IMG/VR virus record: IMGVR_UViG_3300025096_002738
Span: 1-64,000 of that record
Reading direction: 5' to 3' (one strand)
Length of the DNA: 64,000 nucleotides
Source of the DNA: a virus
Shown: one piece after another, positions 34,437-44,113 of the stretch
Numbering within the stretch: position 1 is the first letter of the stretch
Layout of the letters: each line of letters starts with the position of its first letter
Program-made: the position numbers and the translations under genes
Notes under the pieces: generated by a model
Database searches by the model: none
Seen by the model: only the letters and a program-made list of their open reading frames with translations
What the model was told of the DNA's origin: nothing

Positions 34437-34621
34437 AGACAGAATTCCCACCGCTGCATCGTCGGCTCATATATAACGATGCGTGGCTGCCAGACGTTAC
34501 GTTGGCAGGGGTTTACCGGTCATCCTTGGACGCAAAAAACCGGTTTTTTATTCTTGGTTATGTTTAGTCTATAAAGTCACTAATAACGCGAGACAACTAT
34601 ATATGTTATATTTGGTGTTCA

Positions 34622-35968
34622 ATGGCTAAAAAGAATTTTGTTGTAGATACGAGCGTTTATTTGACAGACGCGGACTCGATATTTAAGTTTGATAATCATG
34701 ATGTGTTTATCCCTCTTAAGGTTTTAGAGGAAATAGACAAACACAAGAAACGCCAAGATATGGTAGGTATCAACGCTCGTAAGATTATTCGAACTCTAGA
34801 CGAGCTTCGTTCGCGCGGTAGTCTTCAGAAGGGTGTACGTCTAGGCAAGGGAAAGGGCATTATCAAAGTAATGTCTTACAACTGCCTTAAAGATACAATA
34901 TTCCCGCCTGACTTAGATCTAAGAGTACCTGACCATATTATTGTCGCTACTGCACTGGCAGTGAGAGAATCCCCCACGCGCAGAAAGACTATCGTAGTCT
35001 CTCGCGACATCAACATGCGAGTCATCTGCGACTCGATTGGTCTTGAGGCAGCAGACTATCAAAATGAAAAAGCGGTAACATCGTCTGACGATCTGTACCA
35101 AGGATTTACTACTCTTTCCATAGACGATCAGGCTATTGAACGGTTCTATGCCAATGAAAAGATACTTCTAGAAGAAGAAGATGTGAAAGAAACTCTTTAT
35201 CCAAATCAATATATTATGATGGTGTCTAATGCTAATCCTAAAAAGAGTGCCCTGGCTCGCTTTGATGGATACCACAATCCGCTATGTAAAGTTAATAACG
35301 ATAGAATCCCAGATTGGAAGATAAGCTCAAGGAACAAAGAACAGGCCTTTGCTATCGACTTGCTTTTAGACCCAAGCGTGAAAATCGTTTCTTTGGTGGG
35401 ACGCGCTGGTTCTGGAAAGACATTGATGGCCATTGCGGCCGGACTCCAGCAGACAATAGGTCTGCCGGCCCCGTCAAGAGACGAAAACCCATATTCACGC
35501 CTGATTGTTTCGCGCCCTGTGCAACCGATGGGTAAAGATATTGGATTCTTGCCTGGAACATTCGAAGAAAAGATGCTTCCATGGCTAATGCCCATTCAAG
35601 ATAATCTCCAGCATCTGCTTGGAAATAATAAAAGTACGTTGTCAATGTATATTGATAAAGGTAAGATTGAGATTGAGGCTCTGACTTATATTCGCGGCCG
35701 TTCTATTTCTAATGCGTATATCATCATTGACGAAGCTCAGAACCTAACCAAGCACGAGATCAAGACCATTATCACTCGCATAGGGGAAGGAACAAAGATT
35801 GTTCTGACCGGAGATGTTGAGCAGATTGATAACATCTATGTTAACGAAACCACTAACGGCTTAGCACACGCAGTCGAAAAATTCAAAGAATATAGGTTGG
35901 CAGGACATGTCACCTTCAAGAAGGGCGAGAGAAGCGACGTCGCTACTTTGGCTTCTAAAGTTCTTTAG
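34622..35968 (+). CDS. phoH: PIN-domain plus PhoH ATPase (PhoH2/YlaK-like)
   Basis: PIN VVDTSV...VLEEID...DH.I...SRDINMR; PhoH GRAGSGKT, IGFLPG, YIRGRS, IIDEAQN, TRIGEG, GDVEQID. Confidence 0.95.
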   Translation: MAKKNFVVDTSVYLTDADSIFKFDNHDVFIPLKVLEEIDKHKKRQDMVGINARKIIRTLDELRSRGSLQKGVRLGKGKGIIKVMSYNCLKDTIFPPDLDLRVPDHIIVATALAVRESPTRRKTIVVSRDINMRVICDSIGLEAADYQNEKAVTSSDDLYQGFTTLSIDDQAIERFYANEKILLEEEDVKETLYPNQYIMMVSNANPKKSALARFDGYHNPLCKVNNDRIPDWKISSRNKEQAFAIDLLLDPSVKIVSLVGRAGSGKTLMAIAAGLQQTIGLPAPSRDENPYSRLIVSRPVQPMGKDIGFLPGTFEEKMLPWLMPIQDNLQHLLGNNKSTLSMYIDKGKIEIEALTYIRGRSISNAYIIIDEAQNLTKHEIKTIITRIGEGTKIVLTGDVEQIDNIYVNETTNGLAHAVEKFKEYRLAGHVTFKKGERSDVATLASKVL

Positions 35969-36013
35969 TAAACAAAAGCTTATTTTTAGGTTATTATTGT
36001 TAAAGGAGTAAAT

Positions 36014-36277
36014 ATGAGTGAAGAAAAAACTATTACCGAAGAAGAAATACATACAAATAGTGTGCTAGCCATGCACGTAACTCCTGATTCTCCATTGAAG
36101 GAGTATTTAGTAGAGTACGTGGGCAAGAAGTTTGATCAGGAAGAAGTGACCGTTAATATGGTAGCTGAAGTCATGGCATCCGATTTCCCTGAGTTCGTAT
36201 TTTCTTTCGCAGAAGAAAACTATCTGCGTGGATATCAGCAGGGCCTCGATGATGCTATTAAACTACATACGTCATAA
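36014..36277 (+). CDS. hypothetical protein
   Basis: AAGGAG RBS; AEENYLRGYQQGLDD. Confidence 0.75.
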   Translation: MSEEKTITEEEIHTNSVLAMHVTPDSPLKEYLVEYVGKKFDQEEVTVNMVAEVMASDFPEFVFSFAEENYLRGYQQGLDDAIKLHTS

Positions 36278-36299
36278 AAATTTAGTTGTTGAGAATAAC

Positions 36300-36950
36300 A
36301 TGGACTTTTACACATCAAATGGTATTCATGTTTATTTCAAGGATCCGGTTAAAAACAACGACGTCGATATAGAAGAATGTATCGCTAAGGCAGAAAGTGT
36401 GTTAGCTAATCATCTTTTAGATGAAGTAGAAATGGTTATTATTGGGCACTTCGAAGAGTTTGACGACCGAAGTCTGACCGCTTTTTACGACGGCGGGACA
36501 CTATACCTGACCCCCGAGCATGAATCCCAAGAAGACGCATTTAATGACATTGTTCACGAAGTCGCGCATTCATTAGAAGAACCCTATGGTGCCTTGATCT
36601 ACCAGGACTCCAAAATAGAAAAAGAATTTTTAGATAAGAGAGTCAATCTGCACAAGATATTGTGGGAACTTGGCTTTAAGACCCCAGAGGCAGTTTTCCT
36701 AGAGACCGAATACAATGAAGAATTCGATATGTTCCTTTATGAAGATGTGGGATATGACAGGCTGTCGATAGTTACACAAGGCATCTTCATTTCGCCTTAC
36801 GCGGCAACATCTCTGAGAGAGTATTTTGCCACTGGGTTCTCTGAATATTATGTGGATCCCAGCCATGGCTATTTAAAAACCACATGTCCTCAACTATACA
36901 AGAAGATTTTGCTGCTTCAAGATAAAGAAGCACTTGACAAAACTTACTAA
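36300..36950 (+). CDS. zinc metallopeptidase-like protein
   Basis: IVHEVAH plus SPYAATSLREYFA (LF-like third ligand pattern). Confidence 0.7.
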   Translation: MDFYTSNGIHVYFKDPVKNNDVDIEECIAKAESVLANHLLDEVEMVIIGHFEEFDDRSLTAFYDGGTLYLTPEHESQEDAFNDIVHEVAHSLEEPYGALIYQDSKIEKEFLDKRVNLHKILWELGFKTPEAVFLETEYNEEFDMFLYEDVGYDRLSIVTQGIFISPYAATSLREYFATGFSEYYVDPSHGYLKTTCPQLYKKILLLQDKEALDKTY

Positions 36951-36962
36951 GTCGAGTATAAT
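36934..36962 (+). promoter_or_regulatory. sigma70-type promoter
   Basis: TTGACA 36934, 17 bp spacer, TATAAT 36957. Confidence 0.8.
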
Positions 36963-36982
36963 GAAAGAAAAGGGAGGGCTTT

Positions 36983-37753
36983 ATGCCTCATATTTCTTAT
37001 TCTGAAATGAAAGACTGGGCGTTCTGCGCCTTTTACCACAAGCTTACTCGCGTTGACAAGATTGATGGCTTCAAGGGAAACGCTTTTACTGCATTTGGAA
37101 CTGCTTTGCACTCTGTGTGCGAGAGGAAGCTTCTTAAGGCTCCTGTCGACGAGCAGTACTTTATCCAAGAGTTTGAGAAGTGTATTGAAAAGTTGCCTGA
37201 TGACGTTGAGGTTGACGAGAGCCTTGTTGCTGCCATGAGGGAGCAGGGCCAACTGATTATGCCAGAGATCCAAGATGCTTTGGATAACTACTTCGAAGAG
37301 TACGAAGTGCTTGCAGTAGAAATGCCCTTGATGGAGACTATTGAAGAAGAAAAAGAGTATAAATTTAAGGGATTTATTGATGCGATTGTTGCAACCCCTG
37401 ATGGAAAAGTCCATATTTTTGACTGGAAAACTTGTGGGTGGGGATGGGATTCTCGCAAGAGAAGCGACAAGTTGGTCAATTATCAGCTAACTCTATATAA
37501 GCACTTTTTCGCTCAGAAAGCAGATGTCGATGTTAACGATATCGAAACACACTTTGCACTACTTAAGAGAACGGCAAAGAAAAACCGTGTAGAGTTTTTT
37601 CGAGTAACGAGTGGCCCGAAAAAAACACAAAATGCTTTAAAATTAATGAATACTGCTCTATACAATATTCAAAATAAGCGTTATATTAAGAATAGACTAT
37701 CTTGCACCAACGGATATGGGTGCAAATTTTACAAGACAGAACACTGTCCTTGA
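36983..37753 (+). CDS. PD-(D/E)XK exonuclease, Cas4/RecB-like with Fe-S cysteines
   Basis: ISYS...C...FGTALH...E...GFIDAI...IFDWKT...QLTLY; C-terminal C...C...CP. Confidence 0.9.
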   Translation: MPHISYSEMKDWAFCAFYHKLTRVDKIDGFKGNAFTAFGTALHSVCERKLLKAPVDEQYFIQEFEKCIEKLPDDVEVDESLVAAMREQGQLIMPEIQDALDNYFEEYEVLAVEMPLMETIEEEKEYKFKGFIDAIVATPDGKVHIFDWKTCGWGWDSRKRSDKLVNYQLTLYKHFFAQKADVDVNDIETHFALLKRTAKKNRVEFFRVTSGPKKTQNALKLMNTALYNIQNKRYIKNRLSCTNGYGCKFYKTEHCP

Positions 37754-37760
37754 GGAATAA

Positions 37761-39047
37761 ATGAAAAAGAAGAAGATATTGGTCTTATCTGACCATCCGC
37801 TTTCACCTTCCGGTGTTGGCACTCAAACGCGCTATATGATTGAGGCACTTCTTAAGACCGGTCGGTATTCGATTGTGTGTCTTGGAGGCGCCGTTAAGCA
37901 TAAGGACTATCAGCCACAGAAGGTAGAACCTTGGGGAACTGATTGGATGATCTATCCAATCGACGGGTACGGCAGCCAAGAGATCATTCGTTCGGTTCTC
38001 CAGAAGGAGAAGCCAGATGCGTTGTGGTTCATGACCGATCCTCGTTTTTATGGTTGGCTTTGGGAGATTGAAGACGAAGTCCGAGCTAACGTGCCGATGA
38101 TTTATTATCACGTTTGGGATAACTTCCCGGCGCCCCATTTCAACGGGCCGTTCTACCGCTCTACTGATGAGATAGCTTGCATTTCAAAGGTGACGCACGA
38201 GATTGTTAAGCAGGTCGCCCCAGAGGTGAATAGCAGGTATCTGCCGCATGCTGTTAATAGCACAGTGTTTAAGAAGTACACGGAAGATGTAGACAAGCAG
38301 AAGATGAAGAATATTCGCGCAAAGCTAACAGAGAGCAATAGCCCAGCCGTCCAGAACCCAGATAAGAAGATCTTTTTCTGGAATAACCGAAACGCCCGCC
38401 GAAAGCAGTCAGGCACTCTCATTTGGTGGTTTAAGGAATGGCTAGACAAGGTAGGTCACGACAAGGCGATGCTTTTGATGCACACAGATGCTCAAGATCC
38501 GCACGGACAAGATTTGCCGCACATCATCAAGCACCTGGGAATTTCAGACGGACAGGTGATGTTGTCGACTAATAAGGTACCGCCAGAAGATCTGGCGAAT
38601 ATGTACAATGTAGCTGATTTCACCCTTAATATTTCTGATGCTGAGGGATTTGGTCTTGCAACTCTAGAATCTCTCTCTTGCGGCACTCCTATCATTGTCA
38701 ATATGACTGGAGGCCTCCAGGAGCAGGTGACTGACGGTAACAAATGGTTTGGCTACGGCATTCAGCCGGCCTCTAAGGCAATAATCGGCTCTTTGCAGGT
38801 TCCTTATATTTATGAAGATAGAATTTCACAGGAAGACTTTGAGAAGTATCTAACAAAGGCACTCAAGATGTCTAAAAAGATGTACGAAAAGATGGCAGCC
38901 GACGGCCAAGCCCATGTGGCGGCCAACTACAATTTTGAAGTTTATGAAGAGTCATGGGTAGAAACTATGGATGATTTTATTGAGCGTAATGGCTCATGGG
39001 AAAGCAGAAAGGGGTACAAGCCCTGGTACTTATTGGAGGTAGCGTGA
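37761..39047 (+). CDS. glycosyltransferase, GT4 (GT-B)
   Basis: SDHP...SGVG; NRNARRK; EGFGLATLESLSCGTPII..TGGLQEQ. Confidence 0.92.
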   Translation: MKKKKILVLSDHPLSPSGVGTQTRYMIEALLKTGRYSIVCLGGAVKHKDYQPQKVEPWGTDWMIYPIDGYGSQEIIRSVLQKEKPDALWFMTDPRFYGWLWEIEDEVRANVPMIYYHVWDNFPAPHFNGPFYRSTDEIACISKVTHEIVKQVAPEVNSRYLPHAVNSTVFKKYTEDVDKQKMKNIRAKLTESNSPAVQNPDKKIFFWNNRNARRKQSGTLIWWFKEWLDKVGHDKAMLLMHTDAQDPHGQDLPHIIKHLGISDGQVMLSTNKVPPEDLANMYNVADFTLNISDAEGFGLATLESLSCGTPIIVNMTGGLQEQVTDGNKWFGYGIQPASKAIIGSLQVPYIYEDRISQEDFEKYLTKALKMSKKMYEKMAADGQAHVAANYNFEVYEESWVETMDDFIERNGSWESRKGYKPWYLLEVA

Positions 39048-40300
39048 AAAAGAAGAAAGTACTGTTGAGAGGTCCCCTCTTAACTCGCTCAGGATATGGC
39101 GAACAGGCTCGATTTGCATTGAGGTCTCTGCGATCTCAGCCCGAAGCCTGCGAGGTGTTTATTCAGCCCACAGGTTGGGGAAAGACATCTTGGGTTAATA
39201 TCCAGGACGAAGAGCGGCTCTGGATTGACCAGACGATCGAAAAGACGATTGCCTATATTCAGCAGGGAGGACAATTTGATATATCAGTTCAGGTAACTAT
39301 CCCGAATGAATTTGAGAAAGTTGCCCCGATAAATATCGGCTATACAGCCGGCATTGAGACCACTAGAGTCGCTCATGAGTGGCTTCTAAAGGCAAACGAG
39401 ACAGTTGACAAGATCATTGTTGTTTCAAATCACTCAAAGAATGTTTTGGAAAATACTGAATATGTTGGCCGCGACGAAAGAACAAATCAAGAAGTTAGAC
39501 TGACCTTGGCAAAGCCAACATACGCTGTAAACTATCCCGTAAAGAAGTACGAGAACCTACCAGAACTTGAGCTTGAACTAAAGCACGACACAAACTTCCT
39601 AGCAGTCGCACAGTTTGGTCCAAGAAAGAATGTTCCCAACACTGTTAAGTGGTTCATGGAAGAGTTCAAGGATGACGATGTAGGGCTTGTATTGAAGACA
39701 AACATAGCCAAGAACTGCTTGATGGATCGAGAAAAGATTCACAATGATTTGAAGCAGTTTCTATCATCTTACAAGGATCACAAGTGTAAGGTTTACGTTA
39801 TCCATGGAAACATGACCGATGAAGAGCTTCATGCGCTGTACGTCCACCCCAAGATTAAGGCATTTTTGACTCTTGCTCACGGTGAGGGTTTTGGTCTTCC
39901 GATTTTCGAGGCAGCCTATAGTGGGCTTCCTGTCGTCTCTCCTGGCTGGTCTGGCCAGATGGACTTTTTGTGTGACACCGAGGGTAAAGAGCATTTCTAC
40001 AATGTACCATTCGATCTCCAGCGGGTACAGCCTGAAGTCGTCTGGCCCGGCGTTATTGTTGCTGACTCCATGTGGGCATATGCCCGCGAAGAGGGTACTA
40101 AGAGCAAGATGCGACAGTGCTACGATGATATTGTAGAAAATAGTGGATATGTCGCCGCCAGTTGCGAGTACGCTACCGAACTAATGGAACGCTTTGAAGA
40201 GAGTAAGATGTATGAACAGTTTGTTTCTTTGGTACTCCCTTTGGACGAGATGAAGGAAGAAGCCCAAAAGATAGATGATCTCTTGAGTGACCTACTATGA
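39044..40300 (+). CDS. glycosyltransferase, GT4 (GT-B)
   Basis: GP..TRSGYG; RKN; HGEGFGLPIFEAAYSGLPV; GGAGG RBS before GTG. Confidence 0.92.
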   Translation: MKKKKVLLRGPLLTRSGYGEQARFALRSLRSQPEACEVFIQPTGWGKTSWVNIQDEERLWIDQTIEKTIAYIQQGGQFDISVQVTIPNEFEKVAPINIGYTAGIETTRVAHEWLLKANETVDKIIVVSNHSKNVLENTEYVGRDERTNQEVRLTLAKPTYAVNYPVKKYENLPELELELKHDTNFLAVAQFGPRKNVPNTVKWFMEEFKDDDVGLVLKTNIAKNCLMDREKIHNDLKQFLSSYKDHKCKVYVIHGNMTDEELHALYVHPKIKAFLTLAHGEGFGLPIFEAAYSGLPVVSPGWSGQMDFLCDTEGKEHFYNVPFDLQRVQPEVVWPGVIVADSMWAYAREEGTKSKMRQCYDDIVENSGYVAASCEYATELMERFEESKMYEQFVSLVLPLDEMKEEAQKIDDLLSDLL

Positions 40301-41154
40301 GCCAATACGTATTTGTCTCAGATATGTTCATACAGGATTATCGTGGCGGTGCAGAGTTAACAACCGAGGCACTGATACGCTCGATGCCTTTTGGAAGTAA
40401 GTTTGCAAGAACGCACAGTCATACATTGACTACTGATATGTTACGAGACAATGCGGAATTCCATTATATTGTTTGCAATTTTGCATCTTTACGTGACGAT
40501 GTGAAGCTTTTCATGTGCAGGAATGAGATTCAATATTCGATTGTTGAATACGACTACAAGTTTTGTAAATATCGTTCCATGGAAAAACACTTAGCATTAG
40601 AAAACAAAAAGTGCGATTGTGTTGAAAAACACGCTGGAAAGGTCAATAGCGCTTTTTATGGATATGCATCGAAGGTGTGGTTTATGAGCGAAGCACAAAT
40701 GAACATTTTCTTGACAAGAATAAAAGTACTTAAGTCAGAAAACTGCGAAGTTCTTAGTTCTGTGTTTATGCCCGGAGACTTGGCGTTTATGGGCGCGATT
40801 AAGGAAAATGAAAAAGACGGTAAGTACCTTATTTTAGGATCTAATTCTTGGATAAAAGGCACTCAAGATTGCATTCAATATGCGAATGACAATGAACTAG
40901 AGTTTGAGATCGTTAGCGGCTTGCCGTATCATGAGCTTTTAATTAAGATGTCTACTTCTAAAGGCTTGATTTTCCTTCCATTAGGTGCTGATACTTGTCC
41001 CCGGTTTGTTATCGAGGCTAAGCTGCTTGGATGCGATCTGAGGATTAATGAAAACGTACAACATAAAGACGAGCCATGGTTTGAAACGCAAGAATCAACA
41101 GCAGCTTATTTAGCAGACCGAACTTCGGTGTTTTGGAGCCATTATGAAGGGTGA
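40297..41154 (+). CDS. GT-B glycosyltransferase-like protein
   Basis: GGAELT; IKG; DTCPRFVIEAKLLGC. Confidence 0.75.
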   Translation: MSQYVFVSDMFIQDYRGGAELTTEALIRSMPFGSKFARTHSHTLTTDMLRDNAEFHYIVCNFASLRDDVKLFMCRNEIQYSIVEYDYKFCKYRSMEKHLALENKKCDCVEKHAGKVNSAFYGYASKVWFMSEAQMNIFLTRIKVLKSENCEVLSSVFMPGDLAFMGAIKENEKDGKYLILGSNSWIKGTQDCIQYANDNELEFEIVSGLPYHELLIKMSTSKGLIFLPLGADTCPRFVIEAKLLGCDLRINENVQHKDEPWFETQESTAAYLADRTSVFWSHYEG

Positions 41155-41839
41155 CACTATTGTAGTGATGGGAAACGGACCATCATTAAAAGATGTTGAT
41201 TTTGATATGTTGAATGGGGTTGATACTTTTGGTTTAAACTCTGCTTATCGAGCTTATGAGCGCATAGACTGGTGGCCGACCTATCATGGTTGTTTTGATT
41301 ATCGCGTAACGGATAGCCATCGTGAAAACTTTATTAATCTGATTGAGAACAGCCCCGTTGAAAGATGCTTTTATATCAAAAACATAAGTGATTCTCCAGA
41401 TATGCAGTTTGTTAACATGTTAGAACATGGCACAACGGCAAGATGGAATAACTGCGAAGAAGACTTCAAGGAATTTCACGACAATGGGAATTCGGGCGCC
41501 AATGCCTCATCAGTTTCAGCCTGCTTGGGATATAAAAAGATTATATTGTTAGGGGTTGACTGCAACTACGTTGAGCTTGTCGAGGGAAGCAAGAAAGATG
41601 GCCCCGGACAGCTTGTGATGGAAAAGACACCAGAGACAAATCCAAACTACTGGTTTGATGATTACCAGCAGAAGGGTGACGAATACAACGTCCCAGATGG
41701 ATTGTCCTTTCACATGCCTACGTGGAACCTGTTTGCTTATAAAGCCGCCCACGCGGGCGTACAAGTCGTTAACTGTAGCCCGATAACCAATCTCCGGTGT
41801 TTCAAGCGAACCACGCTTGAGGAGGCCCTCAAGTGCTAA
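41144..41839 (+). CDS. DUF115/Maf-like (MptE-like) protein
   Basis: VVMGNGPSLK...FGLN...LGYKKIILLGVD...VVNCS. Confidence 0.8.
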   Translation: MKGDTIVVMGNGPSLKDVDFDMLNGVDTFGLNSAYRAYERIDWWPTYHGCFDYRVTDSHRENFINLIENSPVERCFYIKNISDSPDMQFVNMLEHGTTARWNNCEEDFKEFHDNGNSGANASSVSACLGYKKIILLGVDCNYVELVEGSKKDGPGQLVMEKTPETNPNYWFDDYQQKGDEYNVPDGLSFHMPTWNLFAYKAAHAGVQVVNCSPITNLRCFKRTTLEEALKC

Positions 41840-42258
41840 AGAGGTACTATTCTTCTACCAATCCTGATGTCCTGTTGCACATAGTATGCAGCACTGCTGA
41901 CATTAGCGACACTCGCACGGATGTAGTAGATGACAACGAATTCCTACAGTTGGCTATTTTAAAGCTTCCGCAAGGAAAAACTTTTGTGCCACACAAGCAC
42001 ATTTTTAAGGACGTCCCAAGTCAAGCAATCGCTCAAGAATCTTGGGTCGTATTAAAAGGAAGTGTCTTGGCTGTTTTCTACGATTTGAATGATAAGGTGC
42101 TGGCAAAACATGTGCTACAGTCCGGCGACGTATCAATTACTTTAAACGGTGGCCACAACTACGAGATCCTAGAAGAAGACACTCTAGTGTTGGAGTATAA
42201 GACAGGCCCCTACTATGGACAGAAGCTAGACAAGGTGTTTATCGATGATAAAGATTAA
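41833..42258 (+). CDS. cupin (WbuC-like sugar isomerase)
   Basis: PHKH...QESWVVLKG...GGHNY...EYKTGPY. Confidence 0.8.
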   Translation: MLKRYYSSTNPDVLLHIVCSTADISDTRTDVVDDNEFLQLAILKLPQGKTFVPHKHIFKDVPSQAIAQESWVVLKGSVLAVFYDLNDKVLAKHVLQSGDVSITLNGGHNYEILEEDTLVLEYKTGPYYGQKLDKVFIDDKD

Positions 42259-42328
42259 TATGGGTTGTGGCTGGCGTAATTTTGGCTCTGATTGGATCCA
42301 TATTGATGGCGGCGATTATGAGCTTTGA
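42245..42328 (+). pseudogene. N-terminal remnant of a class I SAM methyltransferase
   Basis: MIKINMGCGWRNFGSDWIHIDGGDYEL-stop; SAM motif I only, running into the start of the next gene. Confidence 0.6.
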
Positions 42329-42926
42329 GGTGGTTGAGGAATTTGAAAGGCAGGTAGCCGATTTTTTCGGGGCCCCCCACGCAGTGGCAGTCGACTGTTG
42401 TACGCATGCTTTAGAGTTGTGCTTGAGACACCAGAACATACAGAGCTTTAGTGCCCCGAAACGCACTTACATTTCCGTTCCGTTTCTGTCACAGAAGTTG
42501 AATATTGACTTCGAGTGGAGAGACGAAGATTGGCAAGATTATTATTATCTTGGCGGTACAAATATTATTGATGCTGCTGTTTTGTGGAAAAAGAACAGCT
42601 ACATTTCAGACACGTTTATGTGTTTAAGCTTTCAATATCGAAAGCATTTAAGCCTCGGCCGCGGCGGCGCTATCCTAACAAATAATAAAAATGCAGCCGA
42701 AGCCTTAAAAAAAATGGTATATGATGGTAGAATATCTAATGTACCATGGCGAGAGCAAAACATATCGTCAATCGGGTATCACTATTACATGACACCAGAG
42801 ATTGCAACTTTAGGTTTGGAAAAACTACCAACAGCGATTGAAACGAAGCCTCACCGCTGGGTGGTGACCGACTGGCCAGATTTGACAGAGATGGATGTTT
42901 TCAAAAATAAAAATGGAGATTTTTAA
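42318..42926 (+). CDS. short DegT/DnrJ/EryC1/StrS-family sugar aminotransferase
   Basis: FERQVADFFG..HAVAV..CTHALEL; IIDAA; SFQYRKHL (PLP Lys); GGAILT; GYHYYM. Confidence 0.85.
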   Translation: MSFEVVEEFERQVADFFGAPHAVAVDCCTHALELCLRHQNIQSFSAPKRTYISVPFLSQKLNIDFEWRDEDWQDYYYLGGTNIIDAAVLWKKNSYISDTFMCLSFQYRKHLSLGRGGAILTNNKNAAEALKKMVYDGRISNVPWREQNISSIGYHYYMTPEIATLGLEKLPTAIETKPHRWVVTDWPDLTEMDVFKNKNGDF

Positions 42927-43904
42927 ATGAAAAAGGCTTTAATTACCGGCATCAGCGGCCAGGACGGCAGCTACCTTACAGAATATCTACTTTCTTTAGG
43001 ATATGAGGTACACGGTGTGGTGCGACGGCACTCAGTGGCGGAAAACCAGAACCACCGACTTCACAAGAGCAACATAAATGATCATGACCGTGTTCACACA
43101 TATTATGGCGATCTTTTAGATTATCCTTCTCTCATCAGAATTGTACAGCAAGTCCAGCCTGACGAAATCTATAATCTCGGCGCCATGAGCCACGTTCGTA
43201 TTAGTTTCGATGTGCCATCCTTTACAATCCAGACAAACGCTTTAGGCGTATTGAACATGCTTGAGGTTTATCGGACTTGTGCGCCAGAGGCCAAGTTTTA
43301 TCAGGCTAGTTCGTCAGAAATGTTTGGCAACTCAGTCGATGACGATGGTGTCCAGCGTCTTACTACACCCATGAACCCTGTTAGCCCTTATGGGTGCGCC
43401 AAGGTTATGGGATTCAACCTTGTGCGCCACTATAGGCACGCTTACAAGCTACATGCATGTAATGGTATTCTCTTTAATCACGAATCTCCACGCAGAGGTT
43501 CTAACTTTGTGACCAATAAGGTCGTCAAAGGCGCCGTCTCGATCGCTAAGGGTTTGCAAACTAAGCTTGAGCTAGGAAACATGGACTCATATCGCGATTG
43601 GGGACACTCAAAGGACTACGTTCGTGCCATGCACGCCATCGTTAACCACGATGTTGCAGATGAGTTTATTGTAGCCACCGGTGAGACTCACTCTGTCAGA
43701 GAACTGTGTGACACTGTGTTCAGCAAGCTTGGGATGAATTACGAAGACTATATTGTCCAGAACCCAAAATACATGCGCCCCGAAGAGTTGAAGTACCTCA
43801 AGGGGGACCCGTCTAAGTCCCACGAGGTTTTAGGCTGGAAGCCTGACTATACCTTCGATAGCATGATGGACGAGATGATAGACAGATGGTTAGCGGAACT
43901 GTAG
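42927..43904 (+). CDS. gmd: GDP-mannose 4,6-dehydratase
   Basis: ALITGISGQDGSYL, PDEIYNLGAMSHV, YQASSSEMFG, SPYGCAK, NGILFNHESPRRG, RDWGH. Confidence 0.97.
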   Translation: MKKALITGISGQDGSYLTEYLLSLGYEVHGVVRRHSVAENQNHRLHKSNINDHDRVHTYYGDLLDYPSLIRIVQQVQPDEIYNLGAMSHVRISFDVPSFTIQTNALGVLNMLEVYRTCAPEAKFYQASSSEMFGNSVDDDGVQRLTTPMNPVSPYGCAKVMGFNLVRHYRHAYKLHACNGILFNHESPRRGSNFVTNKVVKGAVSIAKGLQTKLELGNMDSYRDWGHSKDYVRAMHAIVNHDVADEFIVATGETHSVRELCDTVFSKLGMNYEDYIVQNPKYMRPEELKYLKGDPSKSHEVLGWKPDYTFDSMMDEMIDRWLAEL

Positions 43905-44113
43905 CATACAAAAAAGGTGACCTGATCAAGTGGTATGAATACTACGCCGACGGCTTTATGGTGCGTGACGCAGGCTACGGTATTATAATCAGGAAGACGC
44001 CGCTGCCTACACGCTGTGGCATTCACGCAGGATTATATCGAGTATTCCGTATGTCCTATTCTGATGTTACAACATTTTCTGGTAATGAAATGGAGAAAGT
44101 ATATGATACATAA
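43886..44113 (+). CDS. small SH3/KOW-like protein
   Basis: YKKGDLIKW...GYGIII...YRVF. Confidence 0.55.
   Translation: MVSGTVAYKKGDLIKWYEYYADGFMVRDAGYGIIIRKTPLPTRCGIHAGLYRVFRMSYSDVTTFSGNEMEKVYDT

Noticed and set aside
36983-37753. Cas4-like gene as evidence of CRISPR-Cas
   Set aside because: Standalone PD-(D/E)XK nucleases are common in phages; no array or other cas genes in the window.
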